IMG/VR virus record: IMGVR_UViG_3300012929_000018
Location: 18,503-82,502 of that record
Length of the DNA: 64,000 nt
Reading direction: 5' to 3' (one strand)
DNA from: a virus
Of the stretch, positions 8,838-18,135 are shown in pieces (the first letter of the stretch is position 1; every line of letters starts with the position of its first letter). The notes beneath the pieces are model-generated. The model was given only the letters and a program-made list of their open reading frames with translations. It searched no databases and was not told where the DNA came from. The position numbers were made by a program, and so were the translations under genes.

Positions 8838-10709
8838 ATGAAAAATTATGCAATCGATTACGAAACGTTCTACTCCAAGGAGTATTCCATCAAGGACCTT
8901 GGAAACTGGGCTTACGTCCACCACCCTGAGTTCGACGCTTACATGTTGGCGGTCTCATGTGAAGAAGGAGACTGGGTGGGCAGGCCATCGGATTTCAATT
9001 GGGAACTTCTCAGAGGCCAACGTGCAATCGCTCATAATGCCGGATTCGAACACGCAGTAACCACCCGGCTCATCGAGCTTGGAATTATCCCTTACGTGGA
9101 GTTCGGCGACTTCGTCGACACCGCGGACCTTGCGGCCTACCTCGGCTTTCCGCGCAGCTTAGCGTCCGCCGCCAAAGGATTGCTAGGCGTGGCCGTCGAT
9201 AAGACCACCCGCGCGACCATGTGCGGCCAAAAGTGGGATGAGATGACGCCCGACTTCCAAGCCGAAGTAACCGCTTACGCTGGGGAAGACTCCCACCTTG
9301 AGCTTCGGCTCTGGAATGAACACGGCCACCGCTGGCCGGAAAACGAACAACTAATTTCAAAACTCACTCGCGAGATGTGTTGGCGCGGGCTACCTATTAG
9401 CATACCGCGTATTGAGGAAGGTATTGGAATACTCAGCGCCGCGTTGAACCGCACCCGCGATCGCATCCCGTGGATGAAACCGACGGGCAATCCGAAGATC
9501 GACAAGAAAAAGAGGCCAACCTCTCCCAAAGAGTTCAAAGCCGCCTGCCACAATGCAGGAATCGAGGCGCCTTCATCATTGGCGAAAACCAGTGAAGAAT
9601 TTGACGCATGGTTGAAAGAACATGGCGCGAACCTTCCGTGGGCCCGAGCGGTCGGCGAGATGCGCTCGCTCAACATGAAGTTGAAGAAACTCGAGACCAT
9701 GCGGACGCGCGCGAATGGCAGCATATTGCCATACTCGCTCAAATACTGTGGCGCCCATACTCTGCGCGACTCAGGTGACGCCGGTTTCAACCCGCAGAAC
9801 CTGGACCGATTGCCGATGTTCATTACGACCGAGAAGATCGTGACGGACGACACCGAGATTAAAGATTTCATGGTCATGCGCAAAGCAAATCAGATGCCCG
9901 CGGACGTGGGTGTGATCGACATGCGCGGCATGCTCGAAGCGCCAGAAGGAAAGATCTTCGGCGTCGTCGATTTGTCAGCGATTGAACCGTGCGTCATCGT
10001 TACCCTCGCAGGCGACTATGCGATGGTCGCGATGCTCAAGGCCGGAATGGACCCGTATGAGGCGCAGGCGCGCGCAGACGGCGAGTTCGGTGGCGAGGGC
10101 ACTCTCAAAGATTTCGACAAGGAAAACGGCACCCAACTTCGCCAATATAACAAGGTCAAAGTCCTTGGTTGCGGATACGGCGCTGGGCCTGAGAAGGTGC
10201 AGTTTATTGCAAAGACAATGGTCGGGCTCGATTTGGAGTTCAACGTCGTTGCGGCACTGGTCTCCAAATTTCGCTCGCGCGAGTTCATCCCGAACTTGTG
10301 GAAGCGGCTCGAATGGGATATGCGCCAATCCACCGGCGGCGATTATCAGATGGTTTTGCCAAGTGGCAGGGCTATGCTCTACCGCGACGTTAAGACGTGC
10401 GGGGGAATCACGGCGGTCATTCCGCGCAACGGCGTATTCATGCGCCTCGGATTCTGGGGCGGAACGCTAGCAGAGAACGCGACGCAGGCGGCAGCACGCG
10501 ACGTATTCATGGATCGAGTGATCGCCGTGAATGCCGAGAACTACGACATTCGCCTCCGAGTGCATGACGAAATCGTCACACTACTCGACGAGGAAGTGGC
10601 CGAATCAGATTTGAAAGTCATCACAAACATCATGGGAACCTCCCCGGCTTGGTGGCCTGAGCTACCGGTGCGCGCGGAAGGTCACCTCTGCAAGATTTAC
10701 CACAAATGA
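8838..10709 (+). CDS. polA: DNA polymerase family A with 3'-5' exonuclease
   Basis: Exo I AIDYET, Exo II AHNAGFE, motif A VVDLSAIE, motif B RQYNKVKVLGCGYG, motif C VHDEIV. Confidence 0.93.
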   Translation: MKNYAIDYETFYSKEYSIKDLGNWAYVHHPEFDAYMLAVSCEEGDWVGRPSDFNWELLRGQRAIAHNAGFEHAVTTRLIELGIIPYVEFGDFVDTADLAAYLGFPRSLASAAKGLLGVAVDKTTRATMCGQKWDEMTPDFQAEVTAYAGEDSHLELRLWNEHGHRWPENEQLISKLTREMCWRGLPISIPRIEEGIGILSAALNRTRDRIPWMKPTGNPKIDKKKRPTSPKEFKAACHNAGIEAPSSLAKTSEEFDAWLKEHGANLPWARAVGEMRSLNMKLKKLETMRTRANGSILPYSLKYCGAHTLRDSGDAGFNPQNLDRLPMFITTEKIVTDDTEIKDFMVMRKANQMPADVGVIDMRGMLEAPEGKIFGVVDLSAIEPCVIVTLAGDYAMVAMLKAGMDPYEAQARADGEFGGEGTLKDFDKENGTQLRQYNKVKVLGCGYGAGPEKVQFIAKTMVGLDLEFNVVAALVSKFRSREFIPNLWKRLEWDMRQSTGGDYQMVLPSGRAMLYRDVKTCGGITAVIPRNGVFMRLGFWGGTLAENATQAAARDVFMDRVIAVNAENYDIRLRVHDEIVTLLDEEVAESDLKVITNIMGTSPAWWPELPVRAEGHLCKIYHK

Positions 10710-10963
10710 TCTGTGACGTTATTAATGGCAGCTTCGAATTGGTCGGCGGAATCATGACTTGGTTCAACGTCCGGCGGCTGCTCAGAGACAAGAAGGTCCG
10801 CGGGGTCGACTGGCGCATCGCCGGATTCTGGTCCTCGTGGAGCATCTGGAACATCTTATACTACCCGCTGCTCAATCAGCCTATGTCGTGGTTGGCCGGG
10901 TTAGTGTTAGCAGTTGGAAACTTGGCGTGGCTTGGCCTCGCCTACATTTACAGAAACGCATAA
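10706..10963 (+). CDS. Small membrane protein (about three TM segments, PQ-loop-like)
   Basis: Hydrophobic Trp-rich segments; translationally coupled to polA. Confidence 0.65.
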   Translation: MICDVINGSFELVGGIMTWFNVRRLLRDKKVRGVDWRIAGFWSSWSIWNILYYPLLNQPMSWLAGLVLAVGNLAWLGLAYIYRNA

Positions 10964-10964
10964 T

Positions 10965-11597
10965 ATGATCGAACAACCTGATATTGAAAAACCTCAAGAC
11001 TACTTGAAAGACCGGATTCCGGAGCCGGTTCTCGGCGGGTGGTTCACAACCTATTCCGGCAAGAAGTGGTATATCCTTGAGCCACGTCCGGAAGATGTAA
11101 ACATCAAAGACATTGCCCACGCGCTCTCGCTCATCTGCCGGTTTGGTGGGCATTCTCGAAATCACTACTCGGTAGGCGACCACTCAGTAATGTGCCGTAT
11201 TCGGGCAATCGAACTTTGGCCGACGGACTGGATGCTACAACTTCACATCCTTCTCCATGACGCCTCCGAAGCATACATCGGCGATATGGTTCGCCCGATG
11301 AAGGAAACAATGCCTGCTTTCAACGCTCTCGAAGACAAAACTCAGACCGCGATCTATATCGGGCTTGGGTTGCCAAAACCGACTGACGCTGAATATACTA
11401 AGATCAAGCGAGTCGACAACGAGCTTCTCATGGCCGAGCGCCGGGATATTATCAACAACGGCGGTCACGAATGGAACATTCCAGCCGAAGCATGGGATTT
11501 TCCGATTGGGTCTATGACTCCTGAGCAGTCCGAAAGCGCCTTTCTAAAGATGTATGGATTCCTTCGCTGGGCAGTTGGCCAGTCCGCGTCTCGTTAG
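10965..11597 (+). CDS. HD-domain phosphohydrolase (YfbR/YfdR-like deoxynucleotidase)
   Basis: DIAHALSLICRFGGH, YSVGDHS, LLHDASEAYIGD, IKRVD. Confidence 0.88.
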   Translation: MIEQPDIEKPQDYLKDRIPEPVLGGWFTTYSGKKWYILEPRPEDVNIKDIAHALSLICRFGGHSRNHYSVGDHSVMCRIRAIELWPTDWMLQLHILLHDASEAYIGDMVRPMKETMPAFNALEDKTQTAIYIGLGLPKPTDAEYTKIKRVDNELLMAERRDIINNGGHEWNIPAEAWDFPIGSMTPEQSESAFLKMYGFLRWAVGQSASR

Positions 11598-11626
11598 CTC
11601 TAAGTAGTTAGCTCTGAGTCGTTAGC
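11593..11626. repeat. 14-bp tandem repeat x2.4
   Basis: GTTAGCTCTAAGTA GTTAGCTCTGAGTC GTTAGC immediately before the endonuclease ATG. Confidence 0.75.
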
Positions 11627-11627
11627 A

Positions 11628-12200
11628 ATGAGTCATCCACTTGAAGATCTATGGGGAGAGAGCGCGAGCACTATACTCGATGCCATTTACTCATCGGGTG
11701 GTTACACTCAGCGCAGCGTCCGTGGAGTATTAGGCGAGCATTTGTTTAAGCCAATCCTCGTCGCTACCATGCCCGAATGGATAGTTGCTAAGGGTGACGG
11801 CAAAGGTGCAGTCGATTATAGTCTATCGCGTGGAGACGAAGAGCTTTTTATTCAGTGCAAGGTAATGCGATCCCAGAAGGGCAAGCCGTTGTATAAGGAT
11901 GGCTGCCCTGTCGTCGAATGCCAGAAAACCAACGGCAAGGTTAAAGGCACCCGCACATACAAGCAAGACCAGTTCGATATATTAGCCGTTAGTTTGTGGC
12001 CTATCTCGCAGAAGTGGGATGATTGGGCCTATTGCTGTGCATACCATTTAGAACGCCAACCCCGCCGAGCGCATGAAATTAAACCCATGCAGTCGATTGA
12101 CCTGCCACATGGATTATGGTCGAAGGACCTTAGGGTTATAGTTAGCAGGGCTGCAGGGAAGCGGGCTGTCAGACAAACTCAGCGACTTTTCAAAATATGA
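11628..12200 (+). CDS. PD-(D/E)XK restriction-endonuclease-like protein
   Basis: RGVLGEH, VDYSL, FIQCK, VECQKT, Y...QFDILAV pattern of type II REase-like or homing nucleases. Confidence 0.6.
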   Translation: MSHPLEDLWGESASTILDAIYSSGGYTQRSVRGVLGEHLFKPILVATMPEWIVAKGDGKGAVDYSLSRGDEELFIQCKVMRSQKGKPLYKDGCPVVECQKTNGKVKGTRTYKQDQFDILAVSLWPISQKWDDWAYCCAYHLERQPRRAHEIKPMQSIDLPHGLWSKDLRVIVSRAAGKRAVRQTQRLFKI

Positions 12201-12502
12201 CCAAAGCAACCGACCCAATCCTCCAAGGCATCCGCGACGAACTGGATTCGCTCGACGAACAAATTGTAAAGCTCCTCGTGAAGCGTCACGCGGTTGCGGC
12301 CAATTGTTTGAAGTGGAAGCACGACAACAACCTCCCGCTTCACGCGCCCGAGCGTGAGTGGAGAATCACTCAGCGTGCGATTAGACTTGCACATGAACTG
12401 GATTTCCAGGAAGATGACTTCATTAGAGCGATTTACTGGCTGATGCTGGCGAATCCGTTCAAAAAATATTATGCCCACCACTACTGGGTCGAAACAGCAT
12501 GA
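12197..12502 (+). CDS. Chorismate mutase type II (AroQ fold)-like protein
   Basis: LQGIRDELDSLDEQIVKLLVKR...K...P...ERE matches the AroQ helix 1-2 pattern. Confidence 0.8.
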   Translation: MTKATDPILQGIRDELDSLDEQIVKLLVKRHAVAANCLKWKHDNNLPLHAPEREWRITQRAIRLAHELDFQEDDFIRAIYWLMLANPFKKYYAHHYWVETA

Positions 12503-13341
12503 CCGAGAAGCTATTCCCACATAAGGACTGCCCGACCGCCGGAACTGGATGCCATTCGTGGCTCTATTACATGGCGCACAAGGTGAAAAAGCACGGCGTC
12601 TCAGACGAAGTGGCGATTCCTTATATCACCGAGCGTATGTCGCGCCCGCCTGCGCCGCCGATGGAAGTCGAGCACGCGCTGGATGCGGCCCGCGGTGACG
12701 CCGGAACCCGAGTTACCCAACGGTGGCCGTCCAAGAGCTTCAAGCTCGTCCAAGAGATTTTCAAGAAACGGATCCCCGACTGGAAGCCCTTGCCGATTGA
12801 CTGCGAAGAGGCAATAGACCGTTTGTTTCCCGGCAACCCACTTCTATGCGTCGGGCAAGCCTCATTCAATTTTTGCACCCGGCCCCGCGAAGCCCTGCGT
12901 GGTAAGCTAGGAATGCGCGCGCTCATTGTTCCCTCCCCGATGAGCGAGCGGTTCGGCTACACGCAGGCAGCGCGCCGGGAACTGGAACAGGGCAAGAAGT
13001 TCGTCAGAAAGAGCGAGCACTCGCTTGAAAACACCGGGCCGCGCCACTACCTTATCACCGAGTGGGATTGGGGGACGCCCGACAAACACATGCTCCTAAT
13101 CCGCTACCTCGCACAGTTCTGGCCTCTGGCTTGCGTCGTTCACAGCGGCGGCAAAAGCACGCACGGCTGGTGGGATGTGCGAAACATTGATGAACAGAAG
13201 GTTAAAGATTTTTTCATGTTGGCCGCCGAGTGTGGCGCCGACACACGACTATGGCTGCGAAGCCAGTTCTGCCGGATGCCGGGCGGAACCCGTGACAACG
13301 GCAAACGGCAGGAGATACTTTACATAAACCCAAAACTATGA
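12499..13341 (+). CDS. Primase (RepB/AEP-like)
   Basis: YLITEWD, VVHSGGKSTHGWW, CRMPGG; adjacent to the SF3 helicase. Confidence 0.7.
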   Translation: MTEKLFPHKDCPTAGTGCHSWLYYMAHKVKKHGVSDEVAIPYITERMSRPPAPPMEVEHALDAARGDAGTRVTQRWPSKSFKLVQEIFKKRIPDWKPLPIDCEEAIDRLFPGNPLLCVGQASFNFCTRPREALRGKLGMRALIVPSPMSERFGYTQAARRELEQGKKFVRKSEHSLENTGPRHYLITEWDWGTPDKHMLLIRYLAQFWPLACVVHSGGKSTHGWWDVRNIDEQKVKDFFMLAAECGADTRLWLRSQFCRMPGGTRDNGKRQEILYINPKL

Positions 13342-14765
13342 GCATTCTAGGAGACGACGATTCTCAAGATCAATTCGCGGCTGAGGGCGGATTTGCCCCC
13401 ATGACCGACAACCCAAAAGAGGCCAAAGCATCCAAGTCCGCCCAGAAGGAAGCGATGAAAGCGGAGCAGGACCAGCAAGCGCGCGAGGCTTTGCAAACGG
13501 CGCTTCGCGACCTACATATGCATTTCGACGGCGAGAAGTATTGGTCGAAGCTGGAAGATGGGCGATGGGTCTCCGACACGGCGGCGAATGCGGCCGCGAA
13601 TGTGCGGCAGGACTTCAACCTCTACAAACCGGACTACGTCGAGCAGGTGCTTCACCGGGTCCGTAAGAACAGCCGCATCGACGGCGTCTTCCCCTATATC
13701 CATAACAAGCAGGAGATTATGCGGGAAGAAGGCGGCACCTTCCTCAACATTTCCCGGCGGCAGGTCATTGCTCCCGCACTCGAGCCCGGCGAGTTCACGT
13801 GGCTGCAAACCTATTTCGACAACATCTTCGATCCAGCCCAGCCGATCCAACGCGATCTGTTTCTGGCCTGGTTCCAGCGGCTGTATAAGTCGTCCCTCGA
13901 AGGCAACCTGTTGGCTGGCCAAGCCGTGATTATCGCGGGGCCGACCGGCACAGGCAAGACGCTGATGAACTACAAGATCATCGGCGCGGCGCTGGGCGGC
14001 CATACAGATGCGGCCGAGTATCTGCTGGGCAAGACTGCGTTCAATAAGGAAGCGGCCGAGACCGCGGTGTGGTGCGTCGACGACAACCGCGGCGGCGCCA
14101 CATGGGAGAAGCACGACGAGTTCGCGAACGCCCTCAAACGTTACGTGGCCAACCCCAAGATTCCCTATCACCCGAAGTTCTGCGATGCCACAACCGTCAC
14201 ATGGCGGGGCCGAATCGTCGTCACCTGCAACTTGGACGAGAAGTCGCTTTCTATTCTGCCGGAACTGGACGACTCGATCGTCGACAAACTGCTGTGGTTC
14301 AAGACTTCATCATTCCGACCGGACTTCAAAGACGTGGAAGCCGTAATTGAACGTGAGCTTCCTTTCTTCCTGCGCTGGTTGATCGACTGGGCACCACCCG
14401 CCGACGTGATCAAAGGCGATGAGCGGTTCCGGATCCTGCCCTACCAGCACCCCGACTTGGTTGCCGCGGCCCGAACGGCCAGCGCCGACTATCAACTTTC
14501 TGAGATGCTCCGGATCGCGATCCACAAGTCGATCATCAACGACAAGAAAGAAGTCGAACGTTGGATGACGGCGTCGGAGATTCGCGAGTGCCTCGATATT
14601 GAGGGGCTGCGTGGGTCGCTCGCCAAATTTGCCAACAATCGGCTGGGTATCGCCCTGTCCAAATTGTCGGAAACCGAAGATACCAAGCACCTTGTCCGCG
14701 GCGTCCGCCGGATCAAAGGGTTCAAGCAGTACCTTCTGACCCTCGACAAGACCGCGTGGCTGTAG
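13338..14765 (+). CDS. SF3/D5-like helicase (DUF5906-like)
   Basis: Walker A GPTGTGKT, Walker B WCVDD, sensor IVVTCN. Confidence 0.8.
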   Translation: MSILGDDDSQDQFAAEGGFAPMTDNPKEAKASKSAQKEAMKAEQDQQAREALQTALRDLHMHFDGEKYWSKLEDGRWVSDTAANAAANVRQDFNLYKPDYVEQVLHRVRKNSRIDGVFPYIHNKQEIMREEGGTFLNISRRQVIAPALEPGEFTWLQTYFDNIFDPAQPIQRDLFLAWFQRLYKSSLEGNLLAGQAVIIAGPTGTGKTLMNYKIIGAALGGHTDAAEYLLGKTAFNKEAAETAVWCVDDNRGGATWEKHDEFANALKRYVANPKIPYHPKFCDATTVTWRGRIVVTCNLDEKSLSILPELDDSIVDKLLWFKTSSFRPDFKDVEAVIERELPFFLRWLIDWAPPADVIKGDERFRILPYQHPDLVAAARTASADYQLSEMLRIAIHKSIINDKKEVERWMTASEIRECLDIEGLRGSLAKFANNRLGIALSKLSETEDTKHLVRGVRRIKGFKQYLLTLDKTAWL

Positions 14766-15125
14766 CCACCACCGAAAAGGGTAGTGGCTACCTTAACCAC
14801 CACCAAGCCCACTTTCGTCGCAAGTGCTTTTAACGAATGGCCTTACGTGTATTTTGGGCACAAAACAGTGGTGGTAGCCAAATTCAAACCCTTCCGGCCG
14901 GAAGCTTGATTTTGAGCATAATATGATTATTTTTTTTTTCCAATGGAAGAAATAAGAAATGCCACTACCCACTACCTAAATCGAGAAGCCCTGCAACCCT
15001 GCTACATTCTACGCAATACCTATGATAAACGTTACCAAATTACAGGGCTGCAGGGCTTTAGGGAAGTAGGTGCCTAAGCAGGCAGTTACTCAGGGTGTCA
15101 AAATGGCACACTTCTTATATTTGCT
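14762..15125. other. Putative replication origin
   Basis: Non-coding region after primase-helicase with repeated CCAC(C/T)ACC / GGT(A/G)GTGG units in both orientations, a T10 tract in an AT-rich core, and inverted CAGGGYTG doublets. Confidence 0.5.
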
Positions 15126-15266
15126 GTTCGCGAATATCGAATATGAGAGGATTTGTAAAGGTTTCCGACGCTTTTCTTGAAACACTGTGGAGTTGGTGTC
15201 CGAATGCGCCAGTTTCTTCCGAATCGCGCCATTAATCCCGCCATTGTGTCGCGATTGGATGACGAG

Positions 15267-15339
15267 AGCCGGAGACAGGCTTCGAACCCGTGACCGTCGG
15301 TTTACAAAACCGCTGCTCTGCCGACTGAGCTACACCGGC
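15267..15339 (-). tRNA. tRNA-Thr(UGU), no encoded CCA, atypical
   Basis: GCCGGTG TA GCTC..GAGC A GCGGT TTTGTAA ACCGA CGGTC ACGGG TTCGAAG CCTGT CTCCGGC T. T:T mismatch in the acceptor stem, G:A in the anticodon stem. Confidence 0.8.
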
Positions 15340-15543
15340 TCTCGTCGCCCTTAGCCGCCCTTCGCGTCTTTGCTCGGGAGGATATATTTGATCACAGCCG
15401 CAATCGCTTGCCCCGCCTTGTGGAGAGGATTTGCTTACGCCGGAACCGCCGCGACCATACTCGCAGCCACTAAACCGATCGTGATAAGTTTCTTCATGAG
15501 CAGCAGCCTACTCCCCGCCCGGCGCCGCGCAACTACTAATTTC

Positions 15544-15571
15544 TTGAAAAATAGTAATTGGGGCGTATGCT
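15544..15571 (+). promoter_or_regulatory. Sigma70-like promoter
   Basis: TTGAAA-16 nt-TATGCT, ending 8 nt before ATG 15580. Confidence 0.45.
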
Positions 15572-15579
15572 CCCGGCCT

Positions 15580-15735
15580 ATGGCAGCTATTGTAACCCGC
15601 CCTGTGTGGCAACTGCTTCTGGCGATCTACCTGATCCTCGTTTGCGTCAACGCCTTCGTCGGCCTTGGGTCCGCGGCAATTATTGTCCCGATCCTCGCCG
15701 GTCTCGCTGGCCTCCTGATGCTTGTTGGAAAGTAA
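15580..15735 (+). CDS. Small two-TM membrane protein
   Basis: MAAIVTRPVWQLLLAIYLIL...LAGLAGLLMLVGK, entirely hydrophobic. Confidence 0.65.
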   Translation: MAAIVTRPVWQLLLAIYLILVCVNAFVGLGSAAIIVPILAGLAGLLMLVGK

Positions 15736-15738
15736 CCC

Positions 15739-16182
15739 GTGAAGCTCAAACTTATTTCTGAGGCCGGGCTCGGCTTAGCCCTGCTCTGCGCCCTCGTTGT
15801 AGTCCCGATTCTTCAACCGAAGCCCTATCGCCCGACTGGGCCGGACCCTGATGCCGACTCGCCTATTGTCATTTTACAGAGAATTGACGCAGACTCCGTG
15901 CAATGTAAGGCCAAGCCGACCTGTGTTTGGAAACGACACGGCGATGGGCACACTGCAACCTTTCATCTCGAACTTACTACCGTATGCCCGGCCGCTGGCG
16001 CCGACAAAACTTACGTTTCTCGCGAGGCTACCGTTGATGCGGCCAAGGACCAATCCGGTGAGGTTGGCGCGGCCCTTCTCGTGATGATGGCGAATGAAAT
16101 CGTCGCGGCGGCTGGGAAAGACGGATTCGAGATGACTCCTAAAGCCTTGCTGCAGAGTTGCAACATGGAAGAAGTGAAGTAA
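15739..16182 (+). CDS. Membrane-anchored hypothetical protein
   Basis: N-terminal TM followed by a Cys-containing soluble domain. Confidence 0.55.
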   Translation: MKLKLISEAGLGLALLCALVVVPILQPKPYRPTGPDPDADSPIVILQRIDADSVQCKAKPTCVWKRHGDGHTATFHLELTTVCPAAGADKTYVSREATVDAAKDQSGEVGAALLVMMANEIVAAAGKDGFEMTPKALLQSCNMEEVK

Positions 16183-16339
16183 TATCCCTCATGCCTGCTG
16201 AGAGCCAAGCCCAACGTGGATACCTGAATGCAAGATTCGGTCACGCATGGGTTAAGAAACATCATTTCGATAACAAGGGTGCTCTCCCCGCTCACGTCAA
16301 GCCAAAGCCGCGTAATCAACACGGCATCGGCCATTGACT

Positions 16340-16412
16340 AGGGCAGTAGCTTAGCGGCTAGAGCATCTGGTTTGGGGCCAGGGTGGCGTGAGTTCGAATC
16401 TCACTTGCCCTA
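16340..16412 (+). tRNA. tRNA-Pro(UGG), no encoded CCA
   Basis: AGGGCAG TA GCTT..GAGC A TCTGG TTTGGGG CCAGG GTGGC GTGAG TTCGAAT CTCAC TTGCCCT A. Confidence 0.85.
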
Positions 16413-16421
16413 GTCAGCGGC

Positions 16422-17273
16422 CTAATAATCCATCCCGCACACGAACGCGCGAGCAATTATCTTGAGAATCTTGCGCCGGTTCCTGCGGTGCTTCCGGCTT
16501 TCCTCGCCGAGCAGCCTCATCATCGCGGGCATCCTTGTGGCCCTGTGATACTTCATCGCCAATCGGTCGTTTGCGTTTGCCCAGCCTTGTCCCGCCCACT
16601 TCATTTCGCGGTAGCTGGCGCCGAGGCGCGGGTGCCACAGGTGAAGGATTTGGTTGCGAGTCGATTTGTGCTTGGCGTAAAGGGTGTCCAGAGACCGGAG
16701 CAGAGCCACATCCTCGCCGCCCCAGCCAACGAAGCGTTCGTCGAACCCGCCGAGAATGTTGTAAGCCTCGCGGGGAAACATCATAATCATCGCGCCATAC
16801 CGGTGCCCGTAACTGGCTTTGGTCGTGCTCTCAACATCGCATGCGTCCGGCGGTGTCGGAAACTTGTATGGGAACTTCGGCGCAGAGCCTAGCACTTTCA
16901 AAGTAGCGGCCTCAGTCAGCCGATACAGCTTTCGGTAAGGAACGAACCACAGTCGGTTGCCTTCTTTCTGCTCCTCGATGATGCGGTCGGCGCACCTATC
17001 AATCACGTCAGCGTCGATATAAGCGTCAGCGTCCAAGATCACGAGGACTTTACCGTTGGCCCGGCGAGCGGCTCGGTTCATCGCGCGCGTCTTGCAGAAA
17101 GGATTCCCTGCAGCCCTGCCGATGATAATCTCGCAGTCAGGCAGCGCGTTGCGCATATACTTAATCACCCAGCGTAAGATTTTGCGCCGATACTTGTCAC
17201 GCCCATGGAAGGGAATGAGCAAGCTGATCTTCGGCCGCCGGAGCTTGTGCTTATCTAAAATAGTTTTCCACAT
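16422..17273 (-). CDS. Glycosyltransferase (GT2/GT7-like)
   Basis: ISLLIPF, FCKTRAMNRAA, VILDAD (DxD), GGFDERFVGWGGED, HLWH. Confidence 0.9.
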   Translation of the reverse strand: MWKTILDKHKLRRPKISLLIPFHGRDKYRRKILRWVIKYMRNALPDCEIIIGRAAGNPFCKTRAMNRAARRANGKVLVILDADAYIDADVIDRCADRIIEEQKEGNRLWFVPYRKLYRLTEAATLKVLGSAPKFPYKFPTPPDACDVESTTKASYGHRYGAMIMMFPREAYNILGGFDERFVGWGGEDVALLRSLDTLYAKHKSTRNQILHLWHPRLGASYREMKWAGQGWANANDRLAMKYHRATRMPAMMRLLGEESRKHRRNRRKILKIIARAFVCGMDY

Positions 17274-17988
17274 CTTCAAATACCTCGAACAGTTGGTGCT
17301 GTAGATCGCTGATCTTGTGCGGGTCGGCAGTCATCAAGACACCAGGTTGAAATTTCATCCCTACACTAGCATGATAATCCCTCCACTTAAAGTCTCCACC
17401 TTCTTGATGGGCGTGGGTGATCATTCGCGGCGCCAACTCGATCCGGCGAGGGATAATGAAAGCGTCGGCAACGATCGCTCCGTGAAGGGAAGAGGTTACG
17501 ATCTTTTTGCACCGGCTGATTTCGCGAAGCACTTCCATCGGGTCTTGGGAAACGTCGATGATCCTCGGGTTGAATTTGGTGAACCGCGGGTCAAGAGCCA
17601 ACGTCTTGTCGGTCCAGTGGGGCACGATGCCAAGGTCGTATTCCTTATCGCGGTAGCCTACCAGTTCGTCTGCGAGTAAGCCGGGGTCGGCCATAACCAC
17701 ATCCCTCTTCAAACCTTTGGCGGTAAGGGGCCCGCGCACGGCAAGAAAAGTAGCGTGAGGTAGGTCAATCACGGTGCTTTCGTGGAGCTTACCTACCCCG
17801 GCAACTACTCCGGTCCAGTTCTTAGGTAGATGCCCTAGAATGGATCCGATCACAACTAGCTCAGCTTCTTCTGGCTTCGCCCAAACAGACTCGAGATTTG
17901 CGAATCTTCGGAGCAACATGGTCGCCAGCCGGTCGCCGAAGTTTGGTTTGTCTTTCCAAAAATATGCTTTTACGGCGGCGTGGATCAC
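17251..17988 (-). CDS. Polysaccharide pyruvyl transferase family protein (ExoV-like)
   Basis: PNFGDRL, VIGSIL, AVRGPLT, ADPGLL, GIVPH, TSSLHGAIVADAF. GTG start at 17988 is inferred. Confidence 0.88.
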   Translation of the reverse strand: MIHAAVKAYFWKDKPNFGDRLATMLLRRFANLESVWAKPEEAELVVIGSILGHLPKNWTGVVAGVGKLHESTVIDLPHATFLAVRGPLTAKGLKRDVVMADPGLLADELVGYRDKEYDLGIVPHWTDKTLALDPRFTKFNPRIIDVSQDPMEVLREISRCKKIVTSSLHGAIVADAFIIPRRIELAPRMITHAHQEGGDFKWRDYHASVGMKFQPGVLMTADPHKISDLQHQLFEVFEDVENYFR

Positions 17989-18039
17989 AACATTTAGTGT
18001 ATCACGGCTTCGTCCGCTTGCTGTGAAAAAGAAAAATTC

Positions 18040-18068
18040 TTGAAAAGTTTTTTGCCGGGGAGTAGATT
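18040..18068 (+). promoter_or_regulatory. Sigma70-like promoter
   Basis: TTGAAA-17 nt-TAGATT upstream of the GGAGGT RBS of ORF 18136. Confidence 0.5.
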
Positions 18069-18135
18069 TTCTCAGCCCGAAGTGGATTAAAGGCTGAACA
18101 GGTCCCAGCAGAATTGGACCCAACGGAGGTAATGA

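Noticed and set aside
7496-11597. Z-genome (2-aminoadenine) or 7-deazaguanine pathway
   Set aside because: HD hydrolase, kinase and PolA are present, but no PurZ, MazZ, DpdA or Que genes are visible in the window.
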